Assembly (NCBI GenBank): GCA_041659905.1
Contig: JBAZXK010000002.1
Span: 30,723-94,722 of the forward strand
Source of the DNA: Patescibacteria group bacterium
GTDB taxonomy: Bacteria; Patescibacteriota; Kazan-3B-28; UBA10110
Direction of reading: 5' to 3'
Length of the DNA: 64,000 nucleotides
Below the pieces are notes generated by a model, which saw nothing but the letters and a program-made list of their open reading frames with translations, made no database searches and was not told the DNA's origin. Numbering within the stretch: the first letter of the stretch is position 1; the number at the start of each line of letters is the position of its first letter. Below, in pieces: positions 56,382 through 64,000 of the stretch. Position numbers and translations under genes: made by a program.

Positions 56382-56720
56382 ATGAAAAAATTTCTGTACC
56401 AAGTGGCGGGCCGCGCCGTTTTAGTTAGCACATTATTATTGGCTCCCACTCGGGTAATGGCGCAGAGTGTAGAACCGATTACTTTTGCTACCGGTTCTCT
56501 TGAGAGTATTATCACACTTCTGGCTAACTGGGCCGCTGGTATAGCTGGGGCTATCGCGGTAGCTTTTCTTATCTATGGTGGATTTGTCTATATCACCGGG
56601 GGGGAAAAAGGAGCTGAAAAAGCTAAACCTCTTATCATCAATGCTATTATTGGTTTATTCGTCATCGCTTTAGCTTTCGTGATTGTCAACACAGTGGTGG
56701 GTGCTCTCGGCGGAGAGTAA
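56382..56720 (+). CDS. TrbC/VirB2-like pilin with signal peptide
   Basis: Strong ribosome-binding site AAAAGGAGG before MKKF. Signal peptide ...VMAQS, IYGGFVY motif, GGEKGAEKAK loop, second helix. The ORF-track start at 56313 is probably too early. Confidence 0.55.
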   Translation: MKKFLYQVAGRAVLVSTLLLAPTRVMAQSVEPITFATGSLESIITLLANWAAGIAGAIAVAFLIYGGFVYITGGEKGAEKAKPLIINAIIGLFVIALAFVIVNTVVGALGGE

Positions 56721-56744
56721 ATCTAAAGTTAACTTAAACCTATC

Positions 56745-56786
56745 AACTCACCCCTCTTATTAAGAGGGGTGAGTTATTTCTAAATC
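56745..56786 (+). terminator. Rho-independent terminator ending the hsp20-galU-SBP-pilin transcription unit
   Basis: 12-bp stem AACTCACCCCTC / GAGGGGTGAGTT followed by a T-rich tract. Confidence 0.7.
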
Positions 56787-56792
56787 CTTTTC

Positions 56793-56868
56793 TGGCGCGC
56801 CCGAGAGGATTTGAACCCCTGGCCTTTCGGTCCGTAGCCGAACGCTCTATCCCCTGAGCTACGGGCGC
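56793..56868 (-). tRNA. tRNA-Arg (anticodon ACG)
   Basis: Cloverleaf with anticodon loop CUACGGA and encoded CCA. Confidence 0.85.
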
Positions 56869-56883
56869 ATGATATTTTCTGAA

Positions 56884-57366
56884 TTATATTTTGAGAATAC
56901 GACCCAGTTTATCTACAAAATTATCCTTATTAGTATCCGATTCCGGTAACATCTTACTGAGAGCTATCCGCAACCTGTCTTGATAATCTGCCGGTATAGT
57001 CAGGGAGATAGGCGGAAGCATGCGAGAGGTTGATAGCAAGTTTAAGTATAGCTTACCCTCGGCTTGATGAAACCAAAACAACTTTAATTGATCATAAGTA
57101 AATTTGCGCTCATTAATGGTTAGCCCGGCTGCATCTATCCGACATTTTAGCAGCTTGGGTTTCGCTCGATCTACTATAAAAATGGCTACCAACAAAATAA
57201 TTACTGTCACTCCGAACAACCATTGTTTGGCATAAATGGCATAAGCTAAGATAAATACCGCTAAAACAATAGCTATTACATACCAGCGCCAGTCTTTTTT
57301 ATACGGCACAAATTCTGTTGATTCCCATTCGATGGGCATAAAACTACCTAGTATTTGTTCATTCAT
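56884..57366 (-). CDS. hypothetical membrane protein
   Basis: 160 aa with 2 TM helices, then a soluble domain. Confidence 0.5.
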   Translation of the reverse strand: MNEQILGSFMPIEWESTEFVPYKKDWRWYVIAIVLAVFILAYAIYAKQWLFGVTVIILLVAIFIVDRAKPKLLKCRIDAAGLTINERKFTYDQLKLFWFHQAEGKLYLNLLSTSRMLPPISLTIPADYQDRLRIALSKMLPESDTNKDNFVDKLGRILKI

Positions 57367-57396
57367 AAATTTAAGTTAACCACTGTTTCATTATAC

Positions 57397-57486
57397 TGGC
57401 GGAGGCGACAGGGTTCGAACCTGTGAGAGGCTCTCGCCTCAACTAGTTTTCAAGACTAGCGCCATAAACCACTCGGCCACACCTCC
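57397..57486 (-). tRNA. tRNA-Ser (anticodon UGA)
   Basis: Long variable arm, anticodon loop CUUGAAA, G73 discriminator, encoded CCA. Confidence 0.85.
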
Positions 57487-57489
57487 CTA

Positions 57490-57792
57490 CTACAGATTAA
57501 TCAAAGAATATCTAATTATTTGTTTTAGTGACGATTTACCTTTATCTGTCTTAAAGTATCTTTCACGTCTTATGGCATCTCTCTTATCTTTGAAAGCTTC
57601 ATAAAATATAAGTTTAAACGGTCGGCGATCTTTTGTTGATCTCACTAAACCCTTTTGGTGTTCCTGAAACCGTTTCTGCAAATCAGTAGAATAACCAATA
57701 TACAATTTATTATCTTTCTGGCTTTTTAATACGTATGTGTAATACATAAAATTACAGGCGTCCATAAACCACTCGGGTTTATGGCTCGCCAT
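57490..57792 (-). CDS. GIY-YIG nuclease domain protein (UPF0213/YhbQ-like)
   Basis: YYTYVL...KLYIGYSTDLQKRFQEH GIY-YIG core. 100 aa. Wedged 3 nt after one tRNA-Ser and 17 nt before another. Confidence 0.75.
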   Translation of the reverse strand: MASHKPEWFMDACNFMYYTYVLKSQKDNKLYIGYSTDLQKRFQEHQKGLVRSTKDRRPFKLIFYEAFKDKRDAIRRERYFKTDKGKSSLKQIIRYSLINL

Positions 57793-57808
57793 GCACCCTA
57801 GCGGTGCA

Positions 57809-57901
57809 TGGCGGTGAGGGAGGGATTCGAACCCTCGCGGGGGATTTCTCCCCCCTACCGGTTTAGCAAACCAGCCCCTTCAGCCTCTTGGGTACCTCAC
57901 C
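57809..57901 (-). tRNA. tRNA-Ser (anticodon GCU)
   Basis: Long D-loop and variable arm, anticodon loop UUGCUAA, G73 discriminator, encoded CCA. Confidence 0.85.
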
Positions 57902-58129
57902 GTGTCGGAACGGCCTCCGCTCCGGCAGTTTGCCAATTAGGATTGGCAAACTTTACCGCTTCGTTGTTCCTCCTTTCCAAATTACAAACAGCACTCCGTG
58001 CTTCGGTTTGTAATTTAGGGAAATCAGCAAAGCTGATTTCATAACCTATCCACCTATATTAAGGTAAGTATCTGACTATTTAAGAATACCATCAATATAC
58101 CTCTCCTGAAAAAGGGGTTGTACCAACCC

Positions 58130-58337
58130 TTCTTGGAGTCCAGAGCCGCCATTGAAGGAGGGATGTATTTTTTGTCTGCAACCCGGGCATTGGAGTTTGA
58201 GCGTTACGGTTCAATAAAATTGGCGCTGTGAAGCCGGTTATACCGGCGAGAACGGAAAGCCATATTTTATTAGAACCGCAGCAAAAACGACTGTCCGGAG
58301 ACTTTGGTTACTTTCCTTGGGAAAGTAACAGAAAAAA
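58130..58337. repeat. ~210-bp intergenic element, copy B
   Basis: Begins TTCTTGGAGTC...CCATTGAAGGAGGGATGT. Ends GACTTTGGTTACTTTCCTTGGGAAAGTAACAGAAAAAA. A plus-strand hairpin with T-run follows at 58346..58386. Confidence 0.5.
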
Positions 58338-58341
58338 GTCC

Positions 58342-60672
58342 TCAAAAGCCCACTTGGATAAAATCTTGGTAAGTGGCTTTTTTAGCTAATTCTTTCTCTG
58401 GGTCAATCACCCCAATTTCCCCGACTAAGGCATCCCACAATTCTAGCAACTCTCCGGCGATGGGTGTTTGATAGATCTCTCCCCCATTATCAGCAGTAAA
58501 AATAAATTCTGCTGGCGTAGTCACTCCCAGATCGGCGATATTGTAAATAAAATTAACTCCCATCTTGCTGAACACGCCATTATCAAGAGGAGCACGGCTA
58601 AAATGATCGTCGTAATCATTATGAATACCATCTCTCATGGTGTCATCAAAACCCACCCCCCCTACTCCCACAGAAGTAATGCCAGAAGGAAAGATATCCA
58701 ACCGATCCAGCCCATTATCCAGATCGTCCTCGGGCGAATAGGTAATAATTTGCTTAACTACCATATCCTTATCAAAAAGCCGAGACTCTCCTCGTAAAGC
58801 TATTTTAGTCGGCATATCTAACAGCTCTTTGATGACTAAACGAATTTTATTCCGAGCCTCATAAGCTTTTAACATTTCTAAATTTCCTCCGGCAGCGATA
58901 GATTTATTCCAACCCACCATATTGGCAACCTGAGTAGCTTTATACGCTTGGCCAATACCAAGTCGTAAATTATTCAGAGCCTCAGGCGTGCCTAAGGCTT
59001 CGACCAGGGCTGTTATTTGGCTATTGCTTAAAGTGCTGGGATCCAGGCCAATTTCATTTTGGAGATTCGAAAAAACATTATTGGCTTGGGATAGATAATC
59101 TTGAGTACGGTCATCTAGTTTAGTTATAGCGGCAGCCCGATCTAATAAATTTTTAACTCGGTTGATAAATTGAAAATACTGCACAAAGAACAGCTTATTG
59201 AGAGGGGCATTCTGCAAGGCTGCCACAATTTGATCATGATTTTTATCAGTCAAGAAAACCCGGTAGTCAGCCATGGTGGTGTCCAACCAACCCGCCACAT
59301 AACCCAATTCTTCCCAAAGCGGCCGGACCTCAGCTTCGGCCAGAGTTCTTTGCCAACTAATTTCGATAGGTTGTCCCGACATCTCTGGAATTTGACTGCG
59401 ATCTACTGCCACAATCGCCAGGGCTTGTCCTTCAGAAAAAGCGGTGAAGGCTCCCAGTTCCTCTGTACTCTCTTCTCCGTCGCTACTATAGGCAGCTAAA
59501 CTTTTAACTAATTTGTAGCGCGATTGGCGCGGAGAGTTAGTTTTAATCAAACCGATCTTTAAATAATCATGGAGATCAGACAAGTACGAGATGGTACGCA
59601 ATAGTCGGTAATCCAAGGTGTGCGTACACGGCCCGCTGGTACCGCAGTTCCATTGGTTTAAATCTCCTATACCTGAACTATAAATCACCAAACTGCCGTT
59701 GGTCACTTTTTCTTGGAGACTATGGATAAACTCATTATTAACTGCCATCATATTACCTTCACTGTCTCGTGTGACTTCGCTGGCCGGAGCTACTAGTTCA
59801 GTTTTAACCGAACCACCCGCCTCGCTCATATTGCCATTGCGTCCACAGGTGAATATGCCGATGATAATGACAAATATCAGTATGATGATCAAAATTACCC
59901 AGCCGACCGGATTAGATACCAAAAATACCACTGCCTCCGTGATAGCATGAATAGCCACCTGGGCAGCCTGTACGGCTGCTTGGTAAACCGCTTGCGCCGC
60001 TTGGGCCGCAGCTTGTGCCATTCTAATACTCACCTCAATGGCTTTTTGGGCAACTTGCACTGTTCTTTGAGCAACTTGCACTGTTCTTTGGGCAACTTGC
60101 ACTGTTCTTTGGGCAATTTGCACTGCTCTTTTGGCCGCCTCTGCTGCTTCGCGAATTTTTTGCGGCGTTTCGATAATTCTTTTGGCTGTTTCCGCAGCTT
60201 CCTTCACTTTGTTAGCAGTCTGCCCCGCTAACCGCTGGGTTTTTTGCAGAGGGCTTTCGGCCGGTTGATTTTGTTGATCAGATGAATTATTTTGTGAAGA
60301 ACCACCCATCCGGCCAGCTGCACCGCGCGCCAACTGCCCAGCACCACGCAAACCTTGTTTGCCCAAATTAGCCGCTTTCCCTTTCCAACCTCCCGCTCCC
60401 CCCACTTTCGGAGTACTAGCTGGACGTTTTCCGGCAGTAGCTAATTTATTAGGCTGAGTTGACCGATCTGCTGGTTTTTCTTGTTGTCGAGTTTGATGTT
60501 TTTTCTCTTTAGTAGGCGAGGTGCGTCTTGGTTCCCGCGACGATTGCCTCGCAGGTTCTTCGGCGGTTGGTTCCGTTTCAGCCTCTTCTGATACAGGTTG
60601 GTCCTCTTCTGGGTTCAGATTTTCCTCTAACGGTTCTTGGTCGAGATCTTCATTGGTATCCTGATCAACCAT
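58342..60672 (-). CDS. large single-pass membrane protein with cytoplasmic acidic/basic low-complexity and heptad-repeat region, and ~480-aa extracytoplasmic domain
   Basis: 776 aa. AQRTVQV heptads encoded by 21-bp tandem repeats. TM helix VVFLVSNPVGWVILIIILIFVIIIGIF. Ends 4 nt from the PEGA gene. Confidence 0.6.
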   Translation of the reverse strand: MVDQDTNEDLDQEPLEENLNPEEDQPVSEEAETEPTAEEPARQSSREPRRTSPTKEKKHQTRQQEKPADRSTQPNKLATAGKRPASTPKVGGAGGWKGKAANLGKQGLRGAGQLARGAAGRMGGSSQNNSSDQQNQPAESPLQKTQRLAGQTANKVKEAAETAKRIIETPQKIREAAEAAKRAVQIAQRTVQVAQRTVQVAQRTVQVAQKAIEVSIRMAQAAAQAAQAVYQAAVQAAQVAIHAITEAVVFLVSNPVGWVILIIILIFVIIIGIFTCGRNGNMSEAGGSVKTELVAPASEVTRDSEGNMMAVNNEFIHSLQEKVTNGSLVIYSSGIGDLNQWNCGTSGPCTHTLDYRLLRTISYLSDLHDYLKIGLIKTNSPRQSRYKLVKSLAAYSSDGEESTEELGAFTAFSEGQALAIVAVDRSQIPEMSGQPIEISWQRTLAEAEVRPLWEELGYVAGWLDTTMADYRVFLTDKNHDQIVAALQNAPLNKLFFVQYFQFINRVKNLLDRAAAITKLDDRTQDYLSQANNVFSNLQNEIGLDPSTLSNSQITALVEALGTPEALNNLRLGIGQAYKATQVANMVGWNKSIAAGGNLEMLKAYEARNKIRLVIKELLDMPTKIALRGESRLFDKDMVVKQIITYSPEDDLDNGLDRLDIFPSGITSVGVGGVGFDDTMRDGIHNDYDDHFSRAPLDNGVFSKMGVNFIYNIADLGVTTPAEFIFTADNGGEIYQTPIAGELLELWDALVGEIGVIDPEKELAKKATYQDFIQVGF
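60049..60132. repeat. 4 x 21-bp tandem repeat (GGGCAACTTGCACTGTTCTTT) inside CDS
   Basis: Four near-identical direct 21-mers. They encode (AQRTVQV)x4 in the 58342..60672 protein. Confidence 0.8.
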
Positions 60673-60675
60673 TGC

Positions 60676-62190
60676 TTAAACAATTAAATCTAAACTAAGC
60701 ACCTTGTTATCGCTACTAATAATAAATAATTTATTGATAACGGCACTGAACAGCAGTTTATTAATTTGCATTTGGCCGACTGCGCTCAAAAATTGGATCG
60801 GGCGTTCTTTACCATCTAGATACCAGCGCCAGAGCGAACCGTCAGGCAACCCAACGATCAACTGATCTTCTGAGCGCCAAGTAAAAGTGCTGATCGGACG
60901 ATCAAAGACTTTCTCGACCTTCTGTTCGGCAATATTCCAGATCGATAATTGTTGCATTCCTCCAACATTCGCCCAGTAGGCAATCCGATTCCCTTCCGGC
61001 GAGTTGCTCCAAAATGTTTGCTTGACCCGATCGGGCATAATTTCCATAAACTCCTTTTCCACGAGATCAAAAATTTTATCAGTTCCCACCGTATCATCTG
61101 CCCACAGGACATAGCGATCATTATTCAGCCAAGTTAATGTAGGGTCATTAAAATTAAGCCCGCTCTGCAAGCGTTCCCATTCCGTGCCATCCGCCTGCGC
61201 CAACACCACGGACTTCTCACCATTGGCGGTTTCGTAAAAATAAATTATGTTGTCACCTTCCGGCGAGAAGCTTAGATCCCGCACATTCCCATTTAATAGA
61301 ATCGGCTGCCAACCGATAGCGTTGATTTGCGTACTTTTAAATGACCAGGCACTAATCCCATTATCTTGCAGAGCACCTTGGGCGGGGCGTTCCCCGAGCG
61401 GAATAAATCTTCCCCGCACATTAGAGTTATCAATCGCGTTTGGCAAGCGCAGTTGGCCAATGAGCCGAACTAAGGCATTGCTCTCCACGGTTGACCAGAC
61501 CACTTTTTTTAAATTAATGAAATTACCTTTAAATAAAGGGGCTCGGGTTAAAGTCGCTATCTCTAATACTTCAAAACCTCCGGCCGCATTAACAAATGCG
61601 AGCGCCCGCCCATTATTGGTGATACTCGGCCAGCTGACCGGTTCGTCGATTAGTTTTTCAATAGTTGGCACCGCATGCAGCACAACGGTCAAAGTGATAA
61701 TTTCTTTACTAGTCAGATCAATGTCTTGTTCAAAATCAACGTAACCATCTTTAGCTACTAACAAATTATGCGAGCCGGCTTTCAATTTGATGGTTAAAGA
61801 GTTAACCGAATCTTTCTGAAACTTGTTATCAATAGTCACCCGCACATTCCCGGGATCAAAAGTTAAGGCTAAAGTTCCGCGCTGAAAATCTAGCAGCGGC
61901 AAGACGACATAGGCCGTGCCCGCCAAAAGCGCCAGCACTACCGCTCCGATTACCCAATTCAACCATCGCCTCCCCCGCCGAGGCCGCATTGGTTTAGTTG
62001 TTGGTACATTCAGAGAATTATCGATCGGTAAAGCAGGGGCAGCCTTGGAAAGCAGCTGATTTCCTACATCTTTACGCGGGACAAACTGCGGCGCTGGAGA
62101 GTTTACCGGCACCTGCAAATCATCCGGCAATCCCCCCGCAGGGCTTTGGTTGGTATTAACGGAACTATTTTGGTTTTGTTCTTCTGCCAT
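60676..62190 (-). CDS. PEGA domain protein with Pro-rich N-terminus, TM anchor and TolB-like beta-propeller
   Basis: TM helix, PEGA-like segment VRVTIDNK...LKAGSHNLLVAKDGYVDFEQDIDL, then WD40/TolB-like repeats. Confidence 0.6.
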   Translation of the reverse strand: MAEEQNQNSSVNTNQSPAGGLPDDLQVPVNSPAPQFVPRKDVGNQLLSKAAPALPIDNSLNVPTTKPMRPRRGRRWLNWVIGAVVLALLAGTAYVVLPLLDFQRGTLALTFDPGNVRVTIDNKFQKDSVNSLTIKLKAGSHNLLVAKDGYVDFEQDIDLTSKEIITLTVVLHAVPTIEKLIDEPVSWPSITNNGRALAFVNAAGGFEVLEIATLTRAPLFKGNFINLKKVVWSTVESNALVRLIGQLRLPNAIDNSNVRGRFIPLGERPAQGALQDNGISAWSFKSTQINAIGWQPILLNGNVRDLSFSPEGDNIIYFYETANGEKSVVLAQADGTEWERLQSGLNFNDPTLTWLNNDRYVLWADDTVGTDKIFDLVEKEFMEIMPDRVKQTFWSNSPEGNRIAYWANVGGMQQLSIWNIAEQKVEKVFDRPISTFTWRSEDQLIVGLPDGSLWRWYLDGKERPIQFLSAVGQMQINKLLFSAVINKLFIISSDNKVLSLDLIV

Positions 62191-62294
62191 CTATATTATT
62201 GAAGGTCTTTAGTTAAATTATATCATATATTGGTTGATTTGTAAATACTGTTAGGTGATATTACCCCCTCTGCGGTCATTCTGGACATCTGGGG

Positions 62295-62323
62295 TTGACC
62301 AAATAGAAGAATTGTGATATAAT
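62295..62323 (+). promoter_or_regulatory. sigma-70 promoter (TTGACC, 17 bp spacer, TATAAT, with TGn extended -10)
   Basis: Near-consensus -35 and -10 hexamers with 17-bp spacing, 32 bp upstream of the ATG at 62355. It is also the divergent region for the PEGA gene. Confidence 0.5.
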
Positions 62324-62354
62324 GAAACAATAAGAATATAAAAGAACCTGGGCG

Positions 62355-64000
62355 ATGAAACTAAAACAAAAACTATTTCTCCTTCTCCTATTAACTCTGG
62401 TCGGCTGGCAAGTCTGGAGTTTAGCCCAACCGGCTCAAGCGGGGTTGACTTCTTCGATGGTAGAAATGATCCAAACCCTGGCTGAAGCTATTTATACCGG
62501 TTTGATGCCTTTCATTCTTCAACTACTCAAGCCTCTTTTAGAGAATCCAGTTTATTTTCTAGACTTTAGCCAAGTTAATTTTCCGGGCGGATTGCCTGAC
62601 TTTGGATCCACCTCAGTTCTGATTACACGAATTTGGAACCTCTGCATGTTGGCGGCTAACTCTATTTTCATTATCGCTCTAGTTTATTCGATTATTAATA
62701 TCATTATCGGCACCAATGCCAATGTCTACAACATCAAGGTGGTGCTAACCAAATTAATCCCCGCCGTATTGCTGGCTAATTTAAGTTTAGCCATCATTCG
62801 GGCTTTTGTCAGTATAGGCAATTTATTCACTCAAGGATTTGCAGCTTTGTTTGACATATCTACAGATGCTGCCGTGCTCTTTATTAGCGATCTGGGCACC
62901 TTAGGCAACGGCACCGGATTTTGGAGCGGCGTGGGTAATTTTTTTGGCAACCTTGGCGAAGGAGTAATTTCGGTATTCTCTAACGATAACGCCAGCACTG
63001 GACCGGCAGTGGCTAGTTTTATTTTATTGATCATCATTTTCTGGGTCTTCTTAAAAATAACTTTAATTTTACTAGAAAGAACCTTTTGGTTATTTATTCT
63101 AACCGTATCGGCCCCTTTGGCTTTTGCCGCTGATTTACTCCCCTTATCATTTACTCAAAAATTATCCAGCAAATGGGCAGAAAATGTTTTGAAATGGATT
63201 ATTATCTTCCCGCTAATACAAACTGCTATCTTTGCTGCCATACATATTTGGACAACCTCTGAACCTGCTCTGGATGCGACTACGATCAACAACCTGATCA
63301 AAAACAGCGCCTTGATCCACGATATGCCCGCAGGACAACTGGGCCCGCTATTTATCGGCATCACTATTTTATATTTTGCCGGTAAGATTCCGGAATATAT
63401 CAAGCCGGGCGGAGCGACGCCTTTGAGCGGATTTGTGGGCAGCTCCCCTATGCAAGGCTACAAAGCTGTTTCTAAACCAATCACGGAAACTCTGACTGGC
63501 AAAAATGCGCTAGGTAAGTCTACAGCTGCTCAGTTCGGTATGGGCTATAAACTGGCCTTGGGAACTAAAACTGGGAGAGCCTTAGAAGCTAAGCGCCAAA
63601 CCTTAAGCGCCGGCGGTCATACTATAGGTAGCGTGCCTTGGTTAATTGCTAAAACTCTTAACCCCAAAGGTGAAATTGCCCGGACTACCGCCGAAAGAAA
63701 TATCGACATGGGTAAGGCGAGATTAAATACTACCAGCGACCAGCTCTCTAAATTAAAACAGAATTTTAGCAAAATAACTAGCGGTATGAATTGGGATGAT
63801 CTTTCTTCAAAAGAGAAAGACGATTTCAAAAAAGACAAAAATATCAGCATCCGTAACCATGCCAACTCTATCGACAAGAAACAGGATCAATTAGACTGGT
63901 TGGCTAACACCTCGGTTAAAGAGGCCCCGATCGAAGAAATGAAACCGGTGGCAAACATGTTGGGTAAGATCCTTAAACCGGGTGCGACAGCGGCGGATGT
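62355..64000 (+). CDS. polytopic membrane protein with signal peptide, 3' partial (possible TrbL/VirB6-like)
   Basis: Open frame to the window end with no stop. Signal peptide ...LAQPAQA, at least 6 hydrophobic helices, then a hydrophilic K/D-rich tail. Not in the ORF track because no stop is inside the window. Confidence 0.55.
   Translation, partial: MKLKQKLFLLLLLTLVGWQVWSLAQPAQAGLTSSMVEMIQTLAEAIYTGLMPFILQLLKPLLENPVYFLDFSQVNFPGGLPDFGSTSVLITRIWNLCMLAANSIFIIALVYSIINIIIGTNANVYNIKVVLTKLIPAVLLANLSLAIIRAFVSIGNLFTQGFAALFDISTDAAVLFISDLGTLGNGTGFWSGVGNFFGNLGEGVISVFSNDNASTGPAVASFILLIIIFWVFLKITLILLERTFWLFILTVSAPLAFAADLLPLSFTQKLSSKWAENVLKWIIIFPLIQTAIFAAIHIWTTSEPALDATTINNLIKNSALIHDMPAGQLGPLFIGITILYFAGKIPEYIKPGGATPLSGFVGSSPMQGYKAVSKPITETLTGKNALGKSTAAQFGMGYKLALGTKTGRALEAKRQTLSAGGHTIGSVPWLIAKTLNPKGEIARTTAERNIDMGKARLNTTSDQLSKLKQNFSKITSGMNWDDLSSKEKDDFKKDKNISIRNHANSIDKKQDQLDWLANTSVKEAPIEEMKPVANMLGKILKPGATAAD

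Noticed and set aside
60049-60132. CRISPR array
   Set aside because: The only regular direct repeats in the window are these 21-bp units, which are contiguous with no spacers and in-frame inside a CDS. No cas genes are present, so this is not CRISPR.

Overview
This 64-kb window looks like a chromosomal segment from a small-genome bacterium, probably Candidate Phyla Radiation (Patescibacteria). Supporting hints are compact gene spacing, ribosomal proteins with C-terminal extensions, TrbC/VirB2-like mini-pilins, PEGA/beta-propeller surface proteins, encoded CCA on tRNAs, and few biosynthetic genes.

Most genes are housekeeping and lie on the minus strand:
- Replication and repair: dnaG, dnaE, ssb, rnhB, a 3-methyladenine DNA glycosylase, a uracil-DNA glycosylase family protein.
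- Transcription and proteostasis: rpoD, nusA, clpC, hsp20.
- Translation: rpsF, rpsR, rplS, efp, ychF, leuS, trpS.
- Metabolism and envelope: purB, galU, a SpoIID-like protein, an O-antigen-ligase-like protein.
- Seven tRNA genes.

The main findings are:
1. tRNA-Asn(GUU) is interrupted in the anticodon by a 208-nt ORF-less group I intron. The intron has a U.G splice-site pair, a GUAGAGACUAGA (J6/7-P7) element, an AAGAUAUAGUCC (P7 3' strand) element and a terminal G, and is similar in size to the Azoarcus tRNA-Ile intron.
2. A candidate RiPP-like radical-SAM operon lies on the minus strand (12295..14769). It contains an unannotated 58-aa Cys-containing peptide gene with a strong ribosome-binding site, then a radical SAM/SPASM enzyme with an N-terminal RRE-like extension, then an overlapping 5'-methylthioadenosine phosphorylase (MTAP) family phosphorylase that may dispose of 5'-deoxyadenosine. 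An ABC-F ATPase and a B12-binding radical SAM enzyme lie further downstream on the same strand.
3. Several families of short dispersed repeats and palindromes sit in intergenic regions. They include two ~200-bp homologous elements near tRNA-Ser genes, hairpin-TGACR miniature repeats upstream of plus-strand housekeeping genes, and a TTCAACGGCTCA...TGAGCCGTTGAA palindrome family.
4. Other items: a split PEP-synthase-like gene set, a PQQ-dehydrogenase-cupredoxin fusion, an RRM protein next to an RG-rich zinc-ribbon protein, a GIY-YIG gene between two tRNA-Ser genes, and a VirB2-like pilin pair near a possible VirB6-like membrane protein.

No CRISPR array, transposase or prophage was seen.
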